Shown here piece by piece: positions 48,930-57,329 of a DNA stretch of 64,000 bases. Position numbers and translations under genes: made by a program. The number at the start of each line of letters is the position of its first letter. The first letter of the stretch is position 1. Source of the DNA: Anaerolineae bacterium (GTDB lineage: Bacteria > Chloroflexota > Anaerolineae > UBA1429); NCBI GenBank assembly GCA_963675785.1, contig OY776562.1:544001-608000 (forward strand), written 5' to 3'. The notes beneath the pieces are model-generated. The model saw only the letters and a list, made by a program, of their open reading frames with translations. It made no database searches and was not told the DNA's origin.

Positions 48930-50600
48930 GTGGAATTGCTTGATGTACAGATCGAAAAAGCTATTGGAAAATCCTTGCGGCGGGCGCAACGTCACGGCGA
49001 TCTGCCAGCATTTGATATTCCCGATCAGATCGTCGTAGAGCGCCCCAAGCAAGAGTCGATGGGTGAATATGCTACTCCGGTTTGCATGCAGCTGGCGCGC
49101 CTGGCGCGAATGGCTCCTATCAAAATTGCTGAACAGGTCGTCAAAAATATACGCGATTTGGATTTTTGTGATTCGATCGAAGTAGCGCCCCCTGGCTTTA
49201 TCAACTTTAGGCTGGCTCCGTCTTGGCTGACGCAGCAGGTGGCTTTGATTCAGCAAGCCGCTGATACGTACGGCTGTGTTGATACAGGCAAGGGCGTCAA
49301 GGTACAGGTGGAATTTGTTAGCGCCAATCCCACGGGGCCGCTGCATGTGGGCTCTGCCCGCAATGCCGTGTTGGGCGATGCCATTGCCAGTGTGCTTAGT
49401 GCTGCCGGTTACGATGTGCAACGTGAGTACTATGTGAACGACGCCGGCAGTCGTATGCTCGCTTTTTACGCCACGCTGATGGCTCGCTATGCTCAGGCTC
49501 TCGGTGTGGATGAAAAGGTGCCTGAGGATGGCTATCATGGCATTGCCATGGTTGAGCTGGGCAAGACAATTGCAGACGAGTACGGCCACAAGTTCCTGGA
49601 TATGCCCCGTGAAGAGGCGCTCCCTGCCATTGGCAAAATCGGCCTGAGAAGCGTGCTAGAGGGCGCGGCTGATGACCTGAGCCTGATGGGCATAAAGTAC
49701 GACAACTGGTTCTCTGAGCAATCCCTCTATACCAATGGCCAGTACGAGCGGATCATGACTATCCTTCGTGAGGGCGGCTATGTTGACCTGCACGATGGTG
49801 CCGTGTGGTTCATGGCAACCAAGTTGGGTGGCAGCAAGGATGAGGTGATCGTGCGTTCTGACGGCACGCCTGGCTATTTTGCCTCTGATATCGCTTATCA
49901 CTATGACAAGTTCGTGACCCGCGGCTTTGACCGTGTTATTGATATATGGGGCGCAGATCACCAGGGCCATGTTCCGCGAATGCATATCATGATGAAAGCG
50001 CTTGGGCTAGATCCTGAGAGGTTGGTGATTACCCTCTATCAACTAGTAACCCTCAAGCGGGGTGGAGAGATTGTGCGCCTCTCCAAGAGAACCGGCGACA
50101 TTATCACCCTGCGCGAAGTGCTGGAAGAAGTCGGCCCAGATGCAGTTCGCTTTTTCTTGTTGGCCCGTTCTGCCGATAGCCAGATGGATTTTGACCTGGA
50201 CTTGGCCAAGGAACAATCTGACGAGAACCCGGTCTATTACATCCAGTACGCACACGCTCGCATCTGCTCCATTCTGCGCAATGCCGAGGGCATTGATTAT
50301 GCGGATGGCGATCTCTCCTTGTTGACTTCTGAGGCCGAGTTAGCCTTGATTCGGAGTATGGCTAGGTTGCCGCAAGTTGTTCGAGATGCGGCCGTCAATC
50401 TGGCACCTCACGGCCTGACCTACTATGCGCAGGAGCTCGCCTCGCAATTCCATTCCTTTTACCGGGATTGCCGGGTGATCAGCTCGCTTCCTGAGGATGA
50501 GGCTATTACCCGTGCGCGATTACGGCTGGTGGAGGCTTGTCGAATTACCCTGGCACGCACGCTGATTTTGATGGGAATGACCACGCCAGAAATCATGTAA
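48930..50600 (+). CDS. argS: Arginine--tRNA ligase
   Basis: EFVSANPTGPLHVG, REYYVND, WGADH, LSKR.G, YYIQYAHARICS. Confidence 0.97.
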   Translation: MELLDVQIEKAIGKSLRRAQRHGDLPAFDIPDQIVVERPKQESMGEYATPVCMQLARLARMAPIKIAEQVVKNIRDLDFCDSIEVAPPGFINFRLAPSWLTQQVALIQQAADTYGCVDTGKGVKVQVEFVSANPTGPLHVGSARNAVLGDAIASVLSAAGYDVQREYYVNDAGSRMLAFYATLMARYAQALGVDEKVPEDGYHGIAMVELGKTIADEYGHKFLDMPREEALPAIGKIGLRSVLEGAADDLSLMGIKYDNWFSEQSLYTNGQYERIMTILREGGYVDLHDGAVWFMATKLGGSKDEVIVRSDGTPGYFASDIAYHYDKFVTRGFDRVIDIWGADHQGHVPRMHIMMKALGLDPERLVITLYQLVTLKRGGEIVRLSKRTGDIITLREVLEEVGPDAVRFFLLARSADSQMDFDLDLAKEQSDENPVYYIQYAHARICSILRNAEGIDYADGDLSLLTSEAELALIRSMARLPQVVRDAAVNLAPHGLTYYAQELASQFHSFYRDCRVISSLPEDEAITRARLRLVEACRITLARTLILMGMTTPEIM

Positions 50601-50605
50601 TCTGA

Positions 50606-50643
50606 ATGCAGCACTTTTCTTACTCACTAAAAAAGTGCTGCAT
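50606..50643. terminator. 13-bp inverted repeat after argS
   Basis: ATGCAGCACTTTT-N12-AAAAGTGCTGCAT. Confidence 0.5.
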
Positions 50644-50763
50644 AACATAAAAATAAGTCCGAGACCTGCTTAAAACGGAAAACTAGAGAAAGTAGGGCAG
50701 GCTTTGTCATGTTTGACCATTATGCTTCACTGTGGTAGACTCGATGTCTGCTAGGTGGTTTGC

Positions 50764-50836
50764 GGGCGAATAGCTCAGCTGGGAGAGCACTTCCCTTACA
50801 AGGAAGGGGTCACAGGTTCGAGTCCTGTTTCGCCCA
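50764..50836 (+). tRNA. tRNA-Val (anticodon TAC); CCA not encoded
   Basis: GGGCGAA/TTCGCCC acceptor stem, D-arm AGCTCAGCTGGGAGAGC, anticodon arm CTTCC-CTTACAA-GGAAG, T-loop GGTTCGAGTCC; upstream TTGACC-N17-TAGACT promoter. Confidence 0.96.
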
Positions 50837-50845
50837 CTCGGAGCA

Positions 50846-50873
50846 AGGCTTCGGATCTATACCGGGGCCTTTT
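50846..50873 (+). terminator. Terminator-like hairpin after the tRNA
   Basis: AAGGCTTCGG-atctata-CCGGGGCCTT-TT. Confidence 0.65.
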
Positions 50874-50909
50874 CGGTGTTTGTCGCTGTTGTGACGCAAG
50901 GAGGGGAAA

Positions 50910-52604
50910 ATGGGGACCGTCAGACGTCTCGAAACGCAGACAGAAGCGTTTTGGCGTGATGAGTACCAGGTCTCAGCTGCTGATGAGGACTTGCTCGCCT
51001 CCATGATTCTAGAGGCAGTTCATCCCCAACCCATTCTTGTTCTTGCGGCGGGGATCATCAAGCGGCGGCTCGAGTCTGAGCGTGATCAAGTGGCCCAGCG
51101 CGCCCGTATGGGCAACGTGTACCAACCCTCTGGCCGCTTTAATGTAGGGGATCAGCTCGTCTTTACAGGGCGCGATTTTGTGACCGGGACCGTGGTATCC
51201 AAGCGCCCGGGTGAGAATCCACTCTATGGTGCTTTTGAGGTCATCCGCGTTGTCTTTGATGAGGGAGCAGAAGTTGAATTTGCTTCCGGTTTGGATATCA
51301 CCCATCCGCTTAATCGCCCCGTCGAAGAGCTTTTGGGTGGGGGAGACCCCAATGTTTCTGATGCCAGCGTCGTAGTTATGGCGGCGAAAGAGGTTTCAGA
51401 AAAACTGCAGGATTATTTGGTTTCGAATTCGGATTTCGTCGAATTCGATGGGAGTTGGTTCTTGCGTGAATTGTTGCCTGAGATCAGCGAAGGCCACCTG
51501 AACTTGGCTGAGGCTGTTTTGGATATAGCCGGGGTGCCTATGTCTGCTGCTGAGGTTCTTTCGCAGATTGGCCTTTCTGCTGGTGGTACGCCGGAAGCAC
51601 AGGCCTTTGCCTTGAATGCGGCGCTTGAAGAGGATGGACGTTTTGACAATGTCAGCCTCTCGCAGGATCCGTTGTGGTATCTACGGGCTCACGAACCCGC
51701 CAGCCTCTTTGAGGATTCTATTATCACAGCTAATGCGATCCGAGCTGCTGGTTCCGAGTATTTGGGCGTAACCATGCTGGATGTAGTGGAAGCGATATGT
51801 GACGAGATGGATAATGTGCCATCAGTCATCATTCAGGAAGTCTCTTCATATTCCTGCATTCTTCCTTTCTACCATGTGGTCTCCGGTACATTGCCGGTTC
51901 CCAACCCCATACTGCGGCAGATGCCAGAGACAACAAATGATCACTATGCGGTTACCATTGTGGATGGTAAGACGTCCAAAGAGATAACAGCCTGGATGGT
52001 GCCAGGTCGCGGGGTCATCGCCGGATTGGATGACTGGTTTGAAGCGAATGGTGTGGTTATCGGAACAATCGTTCAGATTGAATTGGGAGATAATCCCCGC
52101 AAGATGACCTTGTCTGTAACCAAGGCAAAATCTTCTCGCGCCAAGTGGACTCGTACTGCGACTATTGTAGACGGCGGCGTGGATGTTCAAATGAGCCCAG
52201 CCACGTCACAAATCAAAGTTGAAGTCGATCCTGAGGTTTATATTGATACGAGCGATCGAGGTTCGATGGTGGCTCTATTGCTGGAAAACAGCGTCAAAGC
52301 TGCTTCCTTCTCTAAACTGCTGCGCAAGGCTTTTTCCGAGCTCGCCGGGCTATCTGGACGCGGCTTGGTACATTCCCGTGCGCTGTATTCCGTGCTGAAC
52401 CTGCAGCGCCGCTGTGGGGCGGTTCCTGTGTTTGCTGAATTGACGCGGTGTGCTTGCTTTGACCCGGTGGGAGATGGTTTCTGGGCCTACGACGCCTCAC
52501 TTGAGGGCCAGATCTACAAGACGGTCGATGATATGCGCGAGCGTCCCTTGTCAACACGCGATGATCGTGTTAAGGATCAGGCAGTACCCTACCTCGGACG
52601 CTAG
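50910..52604 (+). CDS. Uncharacterised 564-aa protein with several winged-helix (RpoE delta/HARE-HTH-like) units
   Basis: AAGGAGG RBS; LNLAEAVL...G.PMS..EVL...LNAAL..DGRF......W.LR resembles the delta-subunit N-domain. Confidence 0.7.
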   Translation: MGTVRRLETQTEAFWRDEYQVSAADEDLLASMILEAVHPQPILVLAAGIIKRRLESERDQVAQRARMGNVYQPSGRFNVGDQLVFTGRDFVTGTVVSKRPGENPLYGAFEVIRVVFDEGAEVEFASGLDITHPLNRPVEELLGGGDPNVSDASVVVMAAKEVSEKLQDYLVSNSDFVEFDGSWFLRELLPEISEGHLNLAEAVLDIAGVPMSAAEVLSQIGLSAGGTPEAQAFALNAALEEDGRFDNVSLSQDPLWYLRAHEPASLFEDSIITANAIRAAGSEYLGVTMLDVVEAICDEMDNVPSVIIQEVSSYSCILPFYHVVSGTLPVPNPILRQMPETTNDHYAVTIVDGKTSKEITAWMVPGRGVIAGLDDWFEANGVVIGTIVQIELGDNPRKMTLSVTKAKSSRAKWTRTATIVDGGVDVQMSPATSQIKVEVDPEVYIDTSDRGSMVALLLENSVKAASFSKLLRKAFSELAGLSGRGLVHSRALYSVLNLQRRCGAVPVFAELTRCACFDPVGDGFWAYDASLEGQIYKTVDDMRERPLSTRDDRVKDQAVPYLGR

Positions 52605-52615
52605 AGAGGAGCGCT

Positions 52616-53038
52616 ATGGCTGGTTGGTTTCGCCCCACAATGGATACAAAATTCCATATTGACATGAACTGGTGGGATGAGCAAGGCTTGGATTTCCGGT
52701 TCTACCTTCGCGAGACATTGTGTGAAGAGCACCGCCAGGAATATGCTCGTTTCGATTCCGTCGGCGAGATCGACTGGGTAGATGACGAGACGGGTCAGGT
52801 ACAGCGTGTTGATGCGCTCTGGCATACTTTGCGGACTTGCTGTAGTCTAAAGCAGGACTATATCACGCCCAATACCACGTTGGTTGACGGTGTTTTTCGC
52901 ACTCTGCTGGCCAATGGCAACAAGCCCATGAGCATGAGAGAACTTTATGAGCTGCTTGACAGACGGCCGCCCGAGACGTTTTTGCGCGTTTTTACAAGCG
53001 GCAAAGTCTATATGGGCATCCGCCCCGTTATGGACTAG
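52616..53038 (+). CDS. Uncharacterised 140-aa protein with a Cys/His cluster and a C-terminal winged helix
   Basis: GAGGAG RBS, 11 nt after the previous gene; LCEEH...CCS and VFRTLLANGNKPMS.REL. Confidence 0.75.
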   Translation: MAGWFRPTMDTKFHIDMNWWDEQGLDFRFYLRETLCEEHRQEYARFDSVGEIDWVDDETGQVQRVDALWHTLRTCCSLKQDYITPNTTLVDGVFRTLLANGNKPMSMRELYELLDRRPPETFLRVFTSGKVYMGIRPVMD

Positions 53039-53051
53039 GTTCGACGCTCTG

Positions 53052-53098
53052 GCGCACCATGTGCAGCTCTTTGAGTCTGGCATATGGTGCGCTTTTTT
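53052..53098 (+). terminator. Intrinsic terminator
   Basis: GCGCACCATGTGC...GCATATGGTGCGC-TTTTTT. Confidence 0.75.
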
Positions 53099-53113
53099 CT
53101 TTGGAGAGGCTGC

Positions 53114-55702
53114 ATGGCAACTGAGCATTGCGTTCAACCCCGCACCAGGCAATGGCGATCCATTCTTCTTGGCGTATGCGGGGGGCTGGCGATCATTGCC
53201 CTGCTCGTTTACTTTTGGCCGATTCTCTTTGGTGGCGAGCTGTATTACCCCGGCGATACTGCCAGGCAATACCTGCCTTCACGCGTCGAACTCGTACAGG
53301 CTCTGAGCGATAGAGCATTCCCCTGGTGGACGTCCAATATCGGCGCGGGTTATCCGTTGCTGGCTGAGGGCGAAACCGGTGCTATGTATCCTTTTCATTG
53401 GCTTGTGATTCTGCTTTTTTCCGCTGGCGCGAGTGTAACAGCCTCTATCCTTCTGCATACGATCATCGCCCTGTTGGGCATGTGGTTTTTTTTGCGGTCT
53501 GAAGGGATATCTCCGCTCAGTTCACTTGTTGGCGCCATGGTTGTTGGATTTGGCGGTTTCTACATCGCCCACATCAGCCATTTGAGCCTGTATTGCACGG
53601 CGGTTTGGCTCCCCTGGTTGCTTTGGCTCATCACAAAATGTTTTGGCGAACATCGTGGTGGGGCACGCATAGCCCTTGGCGTTGTCGTTGCCCTACAGTT
53701 CTACGCTGGGCATGCACAGGCTTCATTGTTGTCGGCGGGTCTGTGTGCGGCTTGGGTGCTCTATTGCTGGGCGCGCAATGGCTGGAAAACAGGTTTACGT
53801 GGGGTAGTGGGGATTTCTCTGGCGGTGGTTGGCGGAACTGCTGTTGCTTTGCCCCAGTTGCTGCCCACCTTACAACTCAGCCAGCTTTCAGAACGGGCTG
53901 GCGGTGTCAGCGCGGACTTTTTCACCAGTTATTCATTCCACCCCGGCATGATTCTGACATTGCTCCATCCCTTTGTCTTGGGCAACCCCTATCCTACAGG
54001 TTCTGTCGAAGTCATGGGCTATGTAGGATTGTTCACTCTATTTGCTGCAGGCAGCGCCCTCTTCTGTGGACGATCTGCCAGCCGCTGGTTCTGGTTGGCC
54101 GTGGCCCTGGTTGGTCTGTTTCTGGCATTGGGTGAATACAACCCTCTTTATACTATTTTGCTCCGTATCCCCGTTCTCAACATGTTTCGTGTGCCAGCGC
54201 GCTACCTCATGTGGACTACCGTCTCTCTGGCAGTACTTGCCGCACAGGGATGTGACAGCTTGCTTCAGCCCTCTCGTCGTTGGAAAGAACATCTCCAACT
54301 CCCTGTCATCATCACTGCTCTTGTGGTTTTGGCCAGCTCTGGAGTGATTGCGATACCCTTGACGGCATCGTCAACCGATGCACTGGTTAGCGAGTGGCCC
54401 TGGATTGCCATCCTGATGTTCTTTGCGTCTGCATCTGTTGTTTGGCTCATTCGGGTGTGGGGGCAAAGAGGTATTCTTGTGGCTTGTCTGGTGCTTTTTG
54501 CCGATTTATATGCCTATGGAACTGTTTTGGGTGGAGGCTTTAATGCCACGGTGCCTGCCGCTGAAATTGATGAGACCCTGCAGACAGAGGCCTTTCTGGA
54601 CGAGCAGCCCGGTTTGTTTCGAGTGATGACCAAAGAAGAGATATTGCCGGCCCTGTCGGTGCAGCGCGAATCGCTCTACCCTAATATGGCCTTGGGCACC
54701 GACATTGATAGTGCCAATATCTATATGCCGCTTGTACCGAGCGCTTATAGCGAATATCTCGTAGAACTAGATGCAACCGCCCTGAACCAGCTAAATGTCG
54801 GCTATTTCATCATTCCGCAGCTCTTGCCCGTTGATGCACAAAGTGAACTCTATGATGTGCAAGACCCTTTTTCCGATATTCCTTACAACGAATGGCTCTC
54901 GGTTTCCGGGACGACGGCCAATAGTCTAATCATCGAATCCTACCTTTCGCATTCGGTGGACATCCCTACGGGTACACCTGTCGCTGTTATCGAATTGGAA
55001 TTGGTGGATGGCACTGTGCGCGAGTTTGAACTCCTCGCGGGCGTTCATACTTCTGAATGGGCCTATGCCCGCTCGGATGTGCAGGAGAATATTCTCCATG
55101 ACATGGCGCAGATTTACTCTGCCTTTGAGGCACGTTCCGGGTACCCAGCGGAAGATCACTCGGGGTATACCTATAGAGCAGAGTTTGCCCTGGAGGGACT
55201 TGAGGAGATAGCAAGCATTCGCATCACGCCGCTGCTCGCAGAGGCCTATGTACGTATCGAATCGCTCTCATTCGTGCAGGATGATGGAACCTCAGCGTCA
55301 TTAGAGCATCTTATTGGCATGGCAGAACACAGCATCGTGTACCGAAGCGAAGATGCGCTGGTTTACAAAAACTTGGACGCCTGGCCGCGGGCATACACCA
55401 TATCTGCCGACCTCATCCATGGTGATATTGAGAGTGTCTCTTTAACTGGTAATACAGTGGATGATTTGGCCGAGGCTGTAGTGGTGGACTATAGCGACAT
55501 GCGTGCTGAGTTTGCGGTAAATTGCGAAAGTGATTGCCTGTTTGTATTGGCTGATATGGAGTATCCCGGTTGGCAGGCCAGTGTTGATGGTGAGCTACAA
55601 GAAACAATTGTTGTAGAAGGCCTTTACCGTGGTTTGTGGCTTAAAGCCGGCTATCACAACATCATTTACAGCTACGAGTTTGCATATCCGGGTGTAAACT
55701 GA
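53114..55702 (+). CDS. YfhO-family GT-C membrane glycosyltransferase-like protein
   Basis: GD...QYLP, PWW...IGAGYPLLA, GH.Q, FRVPAR, C-terminal YPGW.A.VDG...L..G.H.I.Y.Y. Confidence 0.8.
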   Translation: MATEHCVQPRTRQWRSILLGVCGGLAIIALLVYFWPILFGGELYYPGDTARQYLPSRVELVQALSDRAFPWWTSNIGAGYPLLAEGETGAMYPFHWLVILLFSAGASVTASILLHTIIALLGMWFFLRSEGISPLSSLVGAMVVGFGGFYIAHISHLSLYCTAVWLPWLLWLITKCFGEHRGGARIALGVVVALQFYAGHAQASLLSAGLCAAWVLYCWARNGWKTGLRGVVGISLAVVGGTAVALPQLLPTLQLSQLSERAGGVSADFFTSYSFHPGMILTLLHPFVLGNPYPTGSVEVMGYVGLFTLFAAGSALFCGRSASRWFWLAVALVGLFLALGEYNPLYTILLRIPVLNMFRVPARYLMWTTVSLAVLAAQGCDSLLQPSRRWKEHLQLPVIITALVVLASSGVIAIPLTASSTDALVSEWPWIAILMFFASASVVWLIRVWGQRGILVACLVLFADLYAYGTVLGGGFNATVPAAEIDETLQTEAFLDEQPGLFRVMTKEEILPALSVQRESLYPNMALGTDIDSANIYMPLVPSAYSEYLVELDATALNQLNVGYFIIPQLLPVDAQSELYDVQDPFSDIPYNEWLSVSGTTANSLIIESYLSHSVDIPTGTPVAVIELELVDGTVREFELLAGVHTSEWAYARSDVQENILHDMAQIYSAFEARSGYPAEDHSGYTYRAEFALEGLEEIASIRITPLLAEAYVRIESLSFVQDDGTSASLEHLIGMAEHSIVYRSEDALVYKNLDAWPRAYTISADLIHGDIESVSLTGNTVDDLAEAVVVDYSDMRAEFAVNCESDCLFVLADMEYPGWQASVDGELQETIVVEGLYRGLWLKAGYHNIIYSYEFAYPGVN

Positions 55703-55790
55703 GGTCTGTAGCCGTAGACGCCGCCATAACCTCGTTGTATAATGAACCTAGTAGTGACTAATCGGGCAAAGCGTGCCATAGGAGGGCCCA

Positions 55791-56576
55791 ATGAAAGTTT
55801 TTAACAAAATTGTCGTTGTCATCGATGTCATCGCCATGATTGCCCTATTGGTGATTATGCTGTTATCACCGTTGCAAGTTATTGACTTTGCCCAGTACAA
55901 CCTTGGGTTGCTGGCTGAGTCTCTGACGAGCAATCCGTTCTGGACATGGTATGTTGTAGGCAGCATCGTCGCCGCTGTTATTCTCTTGGTCATCTTCTTT
56001 ATGGAGATATGGCCTCGCAAGCGCAAGTCAGTTCGAATTCGCGCCCAAGGTCGCGGCAATGCCCGCATCAGCCTCAAATCGGTACAGCAGACGCTAGAGT
56101 ATCGCATCAGTGAACTTGAAGGCGTGAACAGTGTCATGCCAACGTTTAGAACGCGTGGTAAGGATGTTGGGGTAACGCTTGCCGTCGATGCCGCTCCGGG
56201 TGTCAACGTTCCCGCCCTTAGTGATCAAATCATCGATCTCTCTGTAAGAATCCTCGAAGGCGAATTGGGCCTCAAGCTCAGAGGTCGCATGAATCTGGAT
56301 ATCAACAGTGCTCCGGTCAGAGCTGGCGGCGTGTCTATGCGTCAGCCAGTTGCTCCTGCTGTTGCCAGCCCCCCAGAATCCAGGCCAGTTGTCATGCCCT
56401 CAGCCAAGCCAGAGGCTATTGTCACGCCAACTTATGCTGCTTCTGCCCCCCAACCCACCAAGGCCGAGACGAATGCCTATCTCGATTCGCTGTCGGCACC
56501 CAAAGCGACATCTGCAGAGCCTTCCAAAGTGACGTTGGGTGAAGAAAAACCAGAAACCGACGACAAAAAAGAGTAA
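55791..56576 (+). CDS. AmaP-like alkaline-shock membrane anchor with a Pro/Ala-rich tail
   Basis: MKVFNK start, two TM helices, G...ISL.SV Asp23-like domain, disordered C-terminus. Confidence 0.65.
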   Translation: MKVFNKIVVVIDVIAMIALLVIMLLSPLQVIDFAQYNLGLLAESLTSNPFWTWYVVGSIVAAVILLVIFFMEIWPRKRKSVRIRAQGRGNARISLKSVQQTLEYRISELEGVNSVMPTFRTRGKDVGVTLAVDAAPGVNVPALSDQIIDLSVRILEGELGLKLRGRMNLDINSAPVRAGGVSMRQPVAPAVASPPESRPVVMPSAKPEAIVTPTYAASAPQPTKAETNAYLDSLSAPKATSAEPSKVTLGEEKPETDDKKE

Positions 56577-56745
56577 CGCCTTTCGCCTGGTTTGGTCCTT
56601 CTGAATTGAATCTCGCCGCATTTCTGGCTGTGTTTGCGCAGCATATGAATGCGGCGAGGTAAGTTTCGCCCCAGACTGACTCTTTTGTATAATGCCCTTT
56701 CGTGTTTTCAAAGGCCCGTTCTGATTGACGAACAACAAAGAGGAG

Positions 56746-57309
56746 ATGAGCAGCGTGGGTGAAGTGTGTCTGGAGCACGCCGTTGAGGCAGTGCTTTTTG
56801 TTGCGGATGGCCCGGTTAGCATCGATGCATTGTCTGGCGCTTTGCAGTGTGAGCGCGAGCAGGCGGAAGAGGCCGTCAAAGCACTGGTTCAATCTACGGC
56901 AGAGCGTGGCGTCCGAGTTGTCCGTTCTGGCGACAATGTTCAGATGGTAACTTCACCTCAAGTGACTGAGGTGATCGAACGTTTTCTCGGCACTGATCTC
57001 TCAAGCAAGCTATCTCCTGCTGCTCTCGAAACTCTGGCGATCATTGCTTACAGGCAACCTGTTACGCGCACTGATGTTGAGGCTGTTCGTGGTGTAAATA
57101 GTTCTGGCGTTATCCGTACGCTCATCGCCAAAGAGTTGATCGAAGTGCAAGGACGCCTGGAGCAGGTGGGGCGCCCAGAGGTTTTGGGTACGACGTTCCA
57201 GTTTATGCAGTACTTTGGCATTTCTACACTCGATGAATTGCCAGATATTGAGGCATTAAGCAAACCTGGCACCGATATTGACAGTGCCAGGTTATCAGAT
57301 CAAGCCTAG
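56746..57309 (+). CDS. scpB: SMC-Scp complex subunit ScpB
   Basis: VEAVLFVA, LSPAALETLAIIAYRQPVTR..VE.VRGV, GRP...GTT..F..YFG. The start could be 56746 or 56755. Confidence 0.93.
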   Translation: MSSVGEVCLEHAVEAVLFVADGPVSIDALSGALQCEREQAEEAVKALVQSTAERGVRVVRSGDNVQMVTSPQVTEVIERFLGTDLSSKLSPAALETLAIIAYRQPVTRTDVEAVRGVNSSGVIRTLIAKELIEVQGRLEQVGRPEVLGTTFQFMQYFGISTLDELPDIEALSKPGTDIDSARLSDQA

Positions 57310-57329
57310 TATTGGGATGAGGGGATGAC

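Noticed and set aside
50755-51006. Short ORFs overlapping the tRNA
   Set aside because: Explained by tRNA-Val and the start of the 564-aa gene.
50764-53038. Genomic island integrated at tRNA-Val
   Set aside because: No integrase, no duplicated tRNA 3' end seen in the window, and the downstream genes look core-like.
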